Source: an uncultured Nitrospiraceae bacterium | GTDB lineage: Bacteria; Nitrospirota; Thermodesulfovibrionia; Thermodesulfovibrionales; SM23-35 | Length of the DNA: 64,000 nt | NCBI GenBank assembly: GCA_963727775.1 | Contig: CAVSHB010000002.1 | Location: 576,001-640,000, forward strand | Direction: 5' to 3' | In this document: positions 1 through 9,458 of the stretch, in pieces | Numbering within the stretch: the first letter of the stretch is position 1 | Layout of the letters: each line of letters opens with the position of its first letter | Notes under the pieces: model-generated | The model's database searches: none | What the model saw: only the letters and a program-made list of their open reading frames with translations | Told to the model about the DNA's origin: nothing | Position numbers and translations under genes: made by a program

Positions 1-102
1 ATATTAAACACCCCTTTATTGAATTTCCTTGCCACCATTACCCTTATTGAAAAAAATCGTCTGTTTACATATAATGATTTTACTTTCGGAAAGGGGAACT
101 TT

Positions 103-1023
103 ATGAAAAAAACAATTACGGTTACAATCCTAATGTCGCTTATCTTCGCCGCATCTGCCTATGCACAACAGGTCGGAAACCTTCGTTATTCGATAATGGT
201 AGCAAAGTTCGAAAACCGCTCGAACTGGTCGGGCCAGTGGAATCTCGCTGACACCTTCGGAGCTGTGCTCACGGACAGTCTTCAGCAGACCGGGAAATTC
301 ATAGTGATCGCAGAAAAAGACATGCGAAACGAAGCGATGGCAGAGCAGGACTTCGCCGAATCCGGGCGGACAGCGGGAGGGAAAAAGGCTCCGGTGAAAG
401 GGCAGATGACCCCTGCACAGCTCCTTGTGAAAGGCGAAATTACGCACTTCCAGGCATCGACGACTGGCGGCGGTGGTGGGTTGAGAATCGGAGGCTTCAA
501 GATCGGCGGCAGTGCGGATACGGCTGAGATCAATGCCGTAATCTATGTTGTTGATTCGACGACAGGACAAGTTGTTGCTTCAAAAAAAGTTGTGGGGCAG
601 GCCGAAAGGACGGGGCTTGACGTCGGATTTTCAGACAGGGACTGGGGCGTGGACATCGGAGGATTTAAGAAGACGAATGTTGGGAAAGCCGTCGAGAAAG
701 CGATAGATGAAGCTGTTGCCTTCATAAGCGCTCAGCTCGAAAAGATACCCTGGGAGGGAACGGTCGTGATGGTAAAGGATGGAATGGTCTACGTCAACAG
801 GGGTGATAGGGAAGGCGTTGCACCTGGCCAGAGCTTTGTAATCGGCACAACACAGCAGCTTAGAGACCCAGATACGGGAGAAGTTCTCGATACGTCAGTC
901 GAAAAAGCGGGAACAATCGTGATCGAATCCGTGAAAGAGAAGATCTCTATAGGCAGGCCAGTCGGGGGCGCAGAAACAATTCAGAGGGGCATGACAGTGA
1001 TGTTGCCCAGTGCGCTCCACTGA
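103..1023 (+). CDS. CsgG/HfaB-family curli assembly/transport-like secreted protein with C-terminal FlgT-like domain
   Basis: Signal peptide MKKTITVT..ASAYA; CsgG-like motifs (TGKFIV, AQLLVKGEIT, VVDSTTGQVVAS); C-terminal VYVNRG..G..FVI..LRDPDTGEVL. Start moved to ATG 103 after AAGGGG. Confidence 0.7.
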   Translation: MKKTITVTILMSLIFAASAYAQQVGNLRYSIMVAKFENRSNWSGQWNLADTFGAVLTDSLQQTGKFIVIAEKDMRNEAMAEQDFAESGRTAGGKKAPVKGQMTPAQLLVKGEITHFQASTTGGGGGLRIGGFKIGGSADTAEINAVIYVVDSTTGQVVASKKVVGQAERTGLDVGFSDRDWGVDIGGFKKTNVGKAVEKAIDEAVAFISAQLEKIPWEGTVVMVKDGMVYVNRGDREGVAPGQSFVIGTTQQLRDPDTGEVLDTSVEKAGTIVIESVKEKISIGRPVGGAETIQRGMTVMLPSALH

Positions 1024-1545
1024 TTTTCAAGAGGTTTTCAGTTCACGCCGTGTTTTGTCTGCCACCGAAAAGATTTAAACTGAGTCAAATCGGTTGGTGG
1101 ATGACACACTTGTAAACACCCTATAAGGATTGTGCCGCCGTGGTATCCTTTTCTACATCTCATGAGAAGAAAGTAGCCCTTTCAGTACTCTCGCAGAGCG
1201 TCAAGGCAAGACCAATGTCACAAATACCTCCAAGGCGCAGGGCAGGCACATGATGAGATTTGACGATTTCTGTGCGAACCATTGTGCCTCTCTGCGAATT
1301 CCATCATTTAACGTTTTTCCCTTGTAGTCTACATACAAAAAAATTGTTAAAATAGTCTGTATTTCAACTGATAATTGTCGAATTTAGGGACCACGATTAA
1401 AATTAAGCGAACGAATAGGAAACCCTCGAAAATAAATCTTCATGCAGGAAATTTCACTGCACGTCAATCGGCAGAGATTTATAATATGGGATTAGCTTTT
1501 CAAAGCAGAGGACAAATTAAGAAGCAACATGTTGCTATATAAAGT

Positions 1546-1716
1546 ATGAAAACACTTACCATGTTTGGAGCCATCGTCGGATCATGCGCCGGAAGTTACA
1601 TCCCCGTGCTTTGGGACGGCAGTTTGCTTTCGATGTCATCATTGTTGTTGGGCGCGGTCGGCGGCTTTGCCGGCATTTGGATCGGATACAAAATCGCGGT
1701 TCGGATGGATATCTAA
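1546..1716 (+). CDS. Small 56-aa two-TM membrane protein (below ORF-track cut-off)
   Basis: Manual translation MKTLTMFGAIVGSCAGSYIPVLWDGSLLSMSSLLLGAVGGFAGIWIGYKIAVRMDI*; Gly-rich hydrophobic helices. Confidence 0.6.
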   Translation: MKTLTMFGAIVGSCAGSYIPVLWDGSLLSMSSLLLGAVGGFAGIWIGYKIAVRMDI

Positions 1717-1769
1717 GGTGCACACCGAGCAGTGATGCAATGCGAAAAAAGATGAAACCATGCGCAAGC

Positions 1770-1890
1770 TTCCTTTCTGTTATCCGCATCGCTTGGGCAG
1801 AGGTTAGAAGTGAATGTTTCTTTTGGTATTCGTGATTTGTATTGGAAGACTTTTTTGGTGTCCGGGAAAAACCAATAAAAGAATCAAAAA
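1770..1890 (+). repeat. ~120-bp diverged direct repeat, copy 1 (copy 2 at 9103-9223)
   Basis: TGTTATCCGCATCRCTTGGGCAGAG...GTGAATGTTTCTTTTG.TATTCGTGATTTGTATTGGAAGACTTTTTTG shared by both copies. Confidence 0.85.
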
Positions 1891-2011
1891 GGAGGGCAGC
1901 CAGTCTATAAGGAAGGACCGGATTTAGGTTGACAATCACATTTCTAAAAGGCATGTTTTAAACATCTGATCATATTGATCAGTGTTCTTTGACATAGGAC
2001 AATAAGGTTTT

Positions 2012-2090
2012 ATTTTCGAAAAGGTAACCCCCGAACGATCGGGGGGCACAAAGCCAGGGGGCCGGGATGGATCGCCCGGCTGCCGAAAAA
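2012..2090 (+). ncRNA. c-di-GMP-I (GEMM) riboswitch
   Basis: P1 TTTTCG/CGAAAA; GAAAAGGTAAC; P2 CCCCGA-ACGA-TCGGGG; GGCACAAAGCC; 3' GGCTGCCGAA. Directly upstream of a terminator and the GH44 RBS. Confidence 0.85.
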
Positions 2091-2116
2091 ACAGCGCCTT
2101 GCATTTTTCTTTTGAG

Positions 2117-2150
2117 AAAAGCCTGTTTTCTTCGGGAAACAGGCTTTTTT
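2117..2150 (+). terminator. Intrinsic terminator (riboswitch expression platform)
   Basis: AAAAGCCTGTTTTC-TTCG-GGAAACAGGCTTTTTT hairpin plus U-tract, 18 nt before ATG 2169. Confidence 0.8.
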
Positions 2151-2168
2151 GTCCAAGAGGAGGCTTTT

Positions 2169-5087
2169 ATGACGACATCGGTATCCAGAATTATTATGAG
2201 GCTAAGCCTGATTTTCGTGCTGGCTGTCTGTTTGCATCTGTCGGGCGGGGACGCTGCCGCAGTGGACCTCGCTATATACTCTGACGGTCTTACCGCCGGA
2301 TGGCAAGACTGGTCCTGGAACAGCACGGTTAATTTTGCGAACACTTCACCCGTGCATAGTGGCAATTACTCCCTTTCTGTCAAGTATAATGCGGCATGGG
2401 CTGGGCTCTATCTGCATAATGATACCGCCGTCAATACGAGCGCCTATGATCACTTGAGTTTCTGGATTCACGGCGGCAGCACCGGTAATCAGAAGCTTAA
2501 TGTGGTTGCCAATGGTAACGGAAGTAGTGTGTATTTGGTAACTGCCCAGGCGAACACCTGGACACAAGTGAATATCCCGCTGTCTGCGTTGGGCAATCCT
2601 GCAACACTGACTGACCTTTACTGGCAAGACCGAACCGGAGGAGCCCAGCCGATATTCTACATCGACGACATTTCGCTGATCCCAAGTACAGGAATGCCTC
2701 CTCCTCCACCCACAACGGGAGTTGGACCAACGCTGAGCATAGATGTGAGTTCAGGCCATGCTATCAGTGACGATATCTACGGCATGAATTATGCTGACGA
2801 GCAACTCGCTTCGGAACTGCGCTTGCCTGTACGCCGTTGGGGGGGTAACTCAACAAGCCGGTATAACTGGGAAACCAGCATGGGAAACGTTGGCAGTGAC
2901 TGGTATTTTGAAAATCTTCCGCTGGGCAATGTCAATGTTGCACTCCTGCCCGACGGCTCTGCGTCCGACCAGTTTGTAGAACAGAACCGCCGGACGGGAA
3001 CGAGAACGCTCCTCACCATTCCTCTCATCGGCTGGACCGTAAAGATGAGCAGCCCGCGCTCTCATCCCTATGACTGCGGATTCAAGATATCGAAGTACGG
3101 CGCACAGCAGTCTGCAGACCCCTGGGACACCAACTGCGGTGATGGTCTCTATCCCAACGGCACTGATATTACCGGCAATGATCCCACAGATACCAGCATG
3201 CAAATCTCGCCTGATTTCGAAACCGCATGGATCAGCCATCTCACGGCTAAATATGGTACCGCGATTGGCGGCGGGATTGCCTATTATGACCTCGACAACG
3301 AGCCGATGTTGTGGGACAACACACATCGAGACGTGCATCCTATGCCTACCACTTATGACGAGATGCGCGATCGCACATATCAATACGCCTCGGCGATTAA
3401 GGCGGCGGATCCGACAGCGAAAACGCTCGGCCCAGTGGCGTGGGGCTGGTGCGAGTACTTCTACTCCGCGCTTGACGGCTGTAGTGCCGGGGTTGATTAC
3501 CAGACTCACGGTAACACGCCTTACGTGGTATGGTATCTCCAGCAGATGAGTGCCTACGAGCAGCAGCACGGCCGGCGTATTCTTGACTATCTTGACCTTC
3601 ACTATTATCCGCAGGCTAATGGAGTGTCTCTCTCCCCTGCGGGCAGCACATCCATCCAGGCATTGAGGCTGCGGTCCACCCGGTCGCTATGGGATGCGTC
3701 TTACATTGATGAAAGCTGGATCTCTGACTTGGCGCCAACCGGCATTGCGGTTCAACTCATACCGCGGATGCGCAACTGGGTAAATGCGTATTATCCAGGC
3801 ACTAAGCTTGGTATCACTGAATACAACTGGGGCGGGATGGAAAACATCAACGGTGCGCTCACACAGGCTGACATCCTCGGCATCTTCGGTCGTGAGGGCC
3901 TCGATTTGGCCACTTTATGGGCCCCGCCAACTGCGGCGCAGCCTGGGGCGTTTGCCTTCCGCATGTACCGGAACTATGACGGCGCGGGGCATGGTTTTGG
4001 TGATGTCAGCATGCCGGCGGCGAGTGCTGATCAGAGCTCACTGGCAGTGTATGCGGCGCAGCGCAGCGCTGATAGCACCCTGACCGTGATGGTAATCAAC
4101 AAGACAACAAATGCCATGACAAGCTCTGTCAGTCTGACCGGCTTGACACTACCGGCATCGGCAGAGATATATCAGTACAGCGCCGCGAATCTGGCCGCTA
4201 TTCAAAAGTTGTCCGCCCAACAGGTTTCGACGGGCGGCTTCAGCGCCACCTTTCCGGGCAACTCGATCACTCTCTTTGTCATGGCGACCGGAGGAACGAG
4301 CAGTGTACCACTCTCGATTGCCAAGACCGGCACGGGCAGCGGTAGGGTCACTGCAAGCACAGGCGCAATCACATGGAACGGCAGCACCGGAACAGTGACC
4401 TACAGTTACAATACGTCACTGATATTGACTGCGACAGTGGACACCGCCTCTACCTTTGCAGGGTGGACAGGATGTAATGCAACAACCGGCAACCAATGCA
4501 GTTTAATTATGGATTCGCCAAAGACGGTCGCCGCCGCTTTCACCCTGAATCAGTACACCCTTACCGCTAAAGCATCAGGGACCGGATCGGGAACGGTAAC
4601 GTCAAGCACCGGCGGGATCAATTACACATATCCGGTAGTCGGCGCGGGCGCTGCACTCCTGAATTATGGAACGACGGTGACACTGACCGCAGCAGCGACC
4701 AATGGATCGATAGTCACATGGTCGGGCAATTGCGATACAATTGGCGGATCGACAACGAAATCGGTCTGTACCATAGCGAGCATGAATGTAGCAAAGACGG
4801 TAACGGTAGCGTTTACCGCTGCGCCTGCATGTACGTTCAGCATATCACCGGCTTCAGCAACATTCAGCAGAACCGGTGGCACCGGGAGTGTTAATGTTAC
4901 TCCTTCGTCGGTCAGTTGCAGTGGTGCCGCTAGGAGTAATGTCTCATGGATAACCATTACATCCGGCAGCAGCTTCACGGGAAAGGGCACAGTAAAATAT
5001 TCAGTATCGAAGAATACCACCGGCACCAAGAGGACTGGGACCATGACGATAGGGGGCCGGACATTTACCGTAGTGCAGACAAAATAA
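2169..5087 (+). CDS. Secreted GH44 endoglucanase/xyloglucanase-like protein with N-terminal carbohydrate-binding-like domain, InlB-B-repeat-like domains and C-terminal BACON-like domain
   Basis: GH44 motifs RRWGGNSTSRYNW, LDNEP, DLHYYP, ITEYNWG; signal peptide; Pro linker; FAGWTGC repeats; SNVSWITITSG..RTGTMTIGG. Start at ATG 2169 after GAGGAGG. Confidence 0.85.
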   Translation: MTTSVSRIIMRLSLIFVLAVCLHLSGGDAAAVDLAIYSDGLTAGWQDWSWNSTVNFANTSPVHSGNYSLSVKYNAAWAGLYLHNDTAVNTSAYDHLSFWIHGGSTGNQKLNVVANGNGSSVYLVTAQANTWTQVNIPLSALGNPATLTDLYWQDRTGGAQPIFYIDDISLIPSTGMPPPPPTTGVGPTLSIDVSSGHAISDDIYGMNYADEQLASELRLPVRRWGGNSTSRYNWETSMGNVGSDWYFENLPLGNVNVALLPDGSASDQFVEQNRRTGTRTLLTIPLIGWTVKMSSPRSHPYDCGFKISKYGAQQSADPWDTNCGDGLYPNGTDITGNDPTDTSMQISPDFETAWISHLTAKYGTAIGGGIAYYDLDNEPMLWDNTHRDVHPMPTTYDEMRDRTYQYASAIKAADPTAKTLGPVAWGWCEYFYSALDGCSAGVDYQTHGNTPYVVWYLQQMSAYEQQHGRRILDYLDLHYYPQANGVSLSPAGSTSIQALRLRSTRSLWDASYIDESWISDLAPTGIAVQLIPRMRNWVNAYYPGTKLGITEYNWGGMENINGALTQADILGIFGREGLDLATLWAPPTAAQPGAFAFRMYRNYDGAGHGFGDVSMPAASADQSSLAVYAAQRSADSTLTVMVINKTTNAMTSSVSLTGLTLPASAEIYQYSAANLAAIQKLSAQQVSTGGFSATFPGNSITLFVMATGGTSSVPLSIAKTGTGSGRVTASTGAITWNGSTGTVTYSYNTSLILTATVDTASTFAGWTGCNATTGNQCSLIMDSPKTVAAAFTLNQYTLTAKASGTGSGTVTSSTGGINYTYPVVGAGAALLNYGTTVTLTAAATNGSIVTWSGNCDTIGGSTTKSVCTIASMNVAKTVTVAFTAAPACTFSISPASATFSRTGGTGSVNVTPSSVSCSGAARSNVSWITITSGSSFTGKGTVKYSVSKNTTGTKRTGTMTIGGRTFTVVQTK

Positions 5088-5139
5088 GAACGGGTATCAT
5101 TTTGATGAGTGTCCGCTCTGCAAATGAAGGGTAATGTAA

Positions 5140-5181
5140 ATGTATATGTCATACCCGCTTCTATGGGGATGACATATACAT
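5140..5181. terminator. Stem-loop downstream of the GH44 gene
   Basis: Perfect 13-bp inverted repeat ATGTATATGTCAT / ATGACATATACAT; no clear U-tract. Confidence 0.45.
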
Positions 5182-5344
5182 GGCATGAGTCCTTCTATAA
5201 TGGGGAGAGGATCATTTCATGAATCACTTCAGTCATCACAGGAGCAAACAGGGAATAATGTATAATTTTACATACGGCACGATAGCTATTTTTCCATATA
5301 GGCGTGGTATAATTTCTCACAATTTATATTAATGGAGGGTCTCT

Positions 5345-5617
5345 ATGACAAAAGCAGAACTTGTAGAAAAGATGGCTAAAGACTCAGGTACGTCAAAGAC
5401 AGTAGCGGAAAAGGCTCTTACCTCATTTGTTGATGCAGTTACCAAGACACTGAAGAAAGGAAACAAAGTAGCTCTTGTGGGCTTCGGGACTTTCTCGATT
5501 TCAAAGAGGAAGGCACGGAAGGGGCGTAATCCTCAAACAGGTGCAATAATTAAGATTGCTGCCCGGAAGGCGCCTAAATTCACAGCGGGGAAAGCTTTGA
5601 AGGATGCCGTAAAATAA
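5345..5617 (+). CDS. hup: DNA-binding protein HU
   Basis: MTKAELV..LVGFGTFS..RKGRNPQTG..PKFTAGKALKDAVK. Confidence 0.95.
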   Translation: MTKAELVEKMAKDSGTSKTVAEKALTSFVDAVTKTLKKGNKVALVGFGTFSISKRKARKGRNPQTGAIIKIAARKAPKFTAGKALKDAVK

Positions 5618-5742
5618 TTCATTAGAATTTAATAAGGTACCTTTGCTAATAAGCAAGCCGGTCGCTTAAGGCGTTGAAAGCGGTCAACATTAAGATCGGT
5701 AAATCACGGGCATCTCCCACGCAGAATTCTATTCGGGTGTAG

Positions 5743-7588
5743 CGTATTTTCTTTTATGAAAACACCCATAAATGCTTATATTACAATAGATTACCGTGTA
5801 TTTGGCTTTCAAATGTAGCCATATAATATAGCATTTTATAGTTGACATAGTGGTAATCATATCCTATAATAGTAGCCATGCCATTTAAAAAGAAGCCACG
5901 CCCCCATCTCGAAATACAGACTTCCGGCAATAAGCACTACGGCGTTATTCGCACTACCTTCCGTGAGAAGGGCGAAATCAGGCACACGACACATGGGACC
6001 ATTAAGGATATGAGTCTTGAACAACTAAAGCTCATACAGGCCGCCTTCAGGGGCGATGTGCTGGTAAAGGGTTCAGCCGACGCTCACAAAATCGCGGAAT
6101 CGAAAGAGTACGGCGCTTCCTATGCGGTATTGCAGTTGGCGAAGGAATTAGAGTTGGACAAGATGATTTATTCGAGATATTCCGAGCAGTAGGTTAAAGA
6201 CTGTCTTGCCATGATAATCGGCCGTTTAGTATATAGCGGCAGCAAGCTGGCTTTATCGCACAGATGGGAGGACACGGCATTATGGGAACTCTGCGGGATA
6301 GAAGGGCCGGTTGACGTAGATAAGCATTGTTATGAGCCTATGGATCGTCTTTTACAGAGGCAGGATGCCATCCAAAGTACATTGGCGAAAAAGCATCTCC
6401 GAAACGGCGCGCTTGTGCTTTACGATATAACCAGCAGTTATTTTGAGGGCGAGTATGAAGACAGTGAGATCGTTAAATTCGGATATAACCGGGACGGCAA
6501 GCGGGGGCATGAACAGATGGTGATAGGGCTGCTTTGCAGTCCCGAGGGGTGCCCTGTGGGTGTGGAAGTTTTCCCTGGGAATACTCAGGATGCTCAAACG
6601 GTACCCGATAAAATAGCTGAGGTGCAGAAAAAATATGGGATCCAGGAGATAATCTTTGTAGGTGATCGTGGAATGGTTACTCATGCCAATTACGAAAAGG
6701 TTAAGGATGTAAAAGGGCTCAATATAATATCGGCATTAACACACCACCAGATAAAAGAGCTACTGGAACGCAAGGTGATTCAGATCGATATGTTTGATGA
6801 AAAGGAGATTATTGAAGTAGTGGATCCTGAGGCGATAGGACGGCGATACTGCTTATGCCGCAATCCAAAGACCGCTACAAGGGAAGCTGTGACACGCAAA
6901 GGCTTGATTGAGGTCACCAGAAAGGCATTGGATAGCATAGCCCAATCAAAACGGAAGTCGTCAAACGAGAAGATAGCGGCAAGGGTGGGGAAGGTTCTGG
7001 GAAAGTGGAAGACAGGTAAATTTGTAGAGTGGTCAGTACAGGATGGACGTCTCACATGGAAATTAAAAACAGAGAAGATCGAGACTGAGGAATTGATTGA
7101 CGGCTGTTACATCATTGCCTCCGATGTTCCTGCCGGGCTGATGGCAAAGCAGGCAATAGTGGCATCATATAAAAAGCTTGCTCTTGTAGAACAGGCGTTT
7201 CGGAACTTAAAGAGCGTACAGCTTGAGGTGCGGCCCGTTTATCACAAGACCGACGACCGAATCCGCTGTCATGTGTTTCTTTGCATGCTTGCCTACTACT
7301 TGCAGTGGCATATGAATCAGAGACTAAAGCCTCTGTTTCAGTCTGACGGAAAAAATAAACACCGCAGATGGACATTTGAGTATGTGATTGAGAGATTAAA
7401 GAGCCTGAGAAGGCAGAGACTTCAAGTGCAGGGCTCTTCGTGCCGAATTGTTTGCACCCCGGATAACAGTCAGCAAAAGATTCTTGATCTGCTCAAGGTA
7501 AAATTGTAGCCATTTTCTTGAAATTAGAAATCGCCTTCAAATCATTGCAGCATATGGAGTTCCTCGTAGTTTTTAAAAAGAAAATACG
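5743..7588 (+). mobile_element. IS1634-family insertion sequence, copy 1 (1846 bp)
   Basis: Terminal IRs CGTATTTTCTTTT / AAAAGAAAATACG; 6-bp TSD GTGTAG (5737-5742, 7589-7594). Confidence 0.92.
5878..7509 (+). pseudogene. IS1634 transposase with nonsense mutation at codon 105 (TGG>TAG)
   Basis: Protein matches copy 2 except TAG at 6190-6192 where copy 2 has TGG (9906-9908). Confidence 0.85.
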
Positions 7589-7997
7589 GTGTAGGCAAAA
7601 AAAGAGCAACAAATTATTTGACTACTTATCTTTGTTAGGGTGATCCTCTCTATAGGAGAGAATAAAAAACCATAGTGCCACAAGAATCAGCCCTGCAAGT
7701 ATTACATACCCTCCATCCATAGCTTGAGTCCATTTTACCGGCCCCCTTAAGTTTTGTAAAGATAGGATAACTCTTCTCTCAAATGAGTATTCAGGACTAT
7801 TGCGGACATCTCAAGGAAAACTGAAAAGAGTTTCTTTCAAGACAAACTCTTCACGGTTTTGTTCTTCCTTGTAACAAACGAGATTACGAATTGTTATAAT
7901 TTGCTTGTTACAATCGTCAATAAACAAAATGAGAAGATATAAAATCGGATCTGAAATAACGACAAAAGACAAGTATATATATTAGAGAGGAGGGCTT

Positions 7998-9026
7998 TTG
8001 ATAAGAAATTGCATCAAGAAAAAATTTAGAGTCATCGGAATGACTATTTTGCTTTTATCTCTTATCAACTCCTGCAATCCGAACAAAGAACGGATGTACA
8101 GGGAGACTCGTCTTTCTTTATATACCATCGTTACTGTTACTGTATATTCCAATTCAGCACAGAAGGCAAATGCGGCAATAGAGAGTACTTTTAAGGAGTT
8201 AGACAGACTCGGGAAACTGCTTAATTTTTATTCGGAAGACAGTGAGGTATCAATAATCAACAGGTATGCTGGCATTAAACCTGTAAAGGTCTCGAAAGAA
8301 ACTCTCGAAGTGATCGATAAGGCACTTTATATCTCGAAAAACACCAACGGGGCATTTGATATTACCATCGGTGCCATAGTAAAGCTATGGGATTTTGAGA
8401 AACAGATTCTGCCTGATGACAAGTCGATAAAAGAGAAATTAAAACTTGTTGGCTATAAGAACGTTACCGTTGACAAGGCGAGATCAACAGTTTTTCTGCA
8501 AAAAAAAGGAATGCAAATAGATTTAGGCGGAATTGAAAAGGGGTATGCTGTTGATAGAGCTGTCAACGTATTAAAGCAGCACGGAATAACAGCTGGCATT
8601 ATTGCTGTTGGGGGAGAGGTCAAGCCGTTTGGAATGAAACCTAATGGAGAACCTTGGAAAGTTGGAATCAAGAATCCGCACCAAAAAGGCAAGGAGGATA
8701 CAATTTTCGCTATTGTCAATCTTACAGGCAAAGCAATATCAACATCCGGAGGCTATGAGAAATTCTTCGTTAAAGACGGCAAATGGTATCACCATATCTT
8801 GAACCCTGCGACGGGCTATCCTGCGTATGAATGTCAGAGCGTAAGCGTGATAGCAGATGATGCCCCTGATGGTTTTCCCACTGGGATATTTGTCATAGGT
8901 CCTCAAAAGGGCATGGAAGTATTGAAAAAGCTTGGGCTTGACGGTGTGATAATGGACAAGAAAGGAAAGGTTTTTATCACAGAAGGGATTAAAGATAAAG
9001 TGCAGTATATTCACAACGAACAGTAG
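7998..9026 (+). CDS. apbE: FAD:protein FMN transferase (ApbE family lipoprotein)
   Basis: GAFDIT, IDLGGIEKGYAVD, ISTSGGYE, YHHILNPATG; lipobox-like INSC. Confidence 0.9.
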   Translation: MIRNCIKKKFRVIGMTILLLSLINSCNPNKERMYRETRLSLYTIVTVTVYSNSAQKANAAIESTFKELDRLGKLLNFYSEDSEVSIINRYAGIKPVKVSKETLEVIDKALYISKNTNGAFDITIGAIVKLWDFEKQILPDDKSIKEKLKLVGYKNVTVDKARSTVFLQKKGMQIDLGGIEKGYAVDRAVNVLKQHGITAGIIAVGGEVKPFGMKPNGEPWKVGIKNPHQKGKEDTIFAIVNLTGKAISTSGGYEKFFVKDGKWYHHILNPATGYPAYECQSVSVIADDAPDGFPTGIFVIGPQKGMEVLKKLGLDGVIMDKKGKVFITEGIKDKVQYIHNEQ

Positions 9027-9102
9027 AGGTCTAAGTCGTTATCTGAATCGAAGATTTCCGTTCGAGTATACAGTCCCGGCCCTGGGCAATACTGCCTCTC
9101 AT

Positions 9103-9223
9103 TTCCTTCCTGTTATCCGCATCACTTGGGCAGAGTTTAAAAGTGAATGTTTCTTTTGATATTCGTGATTTGTATTGGAAGACTTTTTTGTTGTCCGGAA
9201 AAAAACAATAAGAAAATCAAAAA
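9103..9223 (+). repeat. ~120-bp diverged direct repeat, copy 2
   Basis: Aligns by eye with 1770-1890, with scattered substitutions. Confidence 0.85.
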
Positions 9224-9256
9224 AGTGTGAAGGTGATAGTCCTAATGTTTCAACAG

Positions 9257-9291
9257 CCTTAGGGACGGAAGAGTTTTTTCCGTCCCTAAGG
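9257..9291. terminator. Strong hairpin between apbE and the convergent small Cys-rich gene
   Basis: Perfect 14-bp IR CCTTAGGGACGGAA / TTCCGTCCCTAAGG. Confidence 0.6.
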
Positions 9292-9458
9292 AAATAACTT
9301 CAGAATATCCTATCGCGTAAAGCTCTATTATTCGGATCCCTTAGAACCTTCTTCCGTTAACTTGCAACATACTTCGTTATCACCGCAAGTCACATCTTCT
9401 ACTTTAATATATTTGTCGGGCAAACAATCTTCAGGTTTCATGCAAGTATAACCTTTAG

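Noticed and set aside
1109..1136. CRISPR-repeat-like string CTTGTAAACACCCTATAAGGATTG
   Set aside because: Single copy, no spacers, no cas genes.
2012..2090. c-AMP-GMP (GEMM-Ib) riboswitch variant
   Set aside because: The specificity position reads G (AAGGTAA), not A, by manual alignment.
7624..7733. Small minus-strand ORFs between IS copy 1 and apbE
   Set aside because: Two overlapping short frames, neither with a recognisable family; insufficient support.
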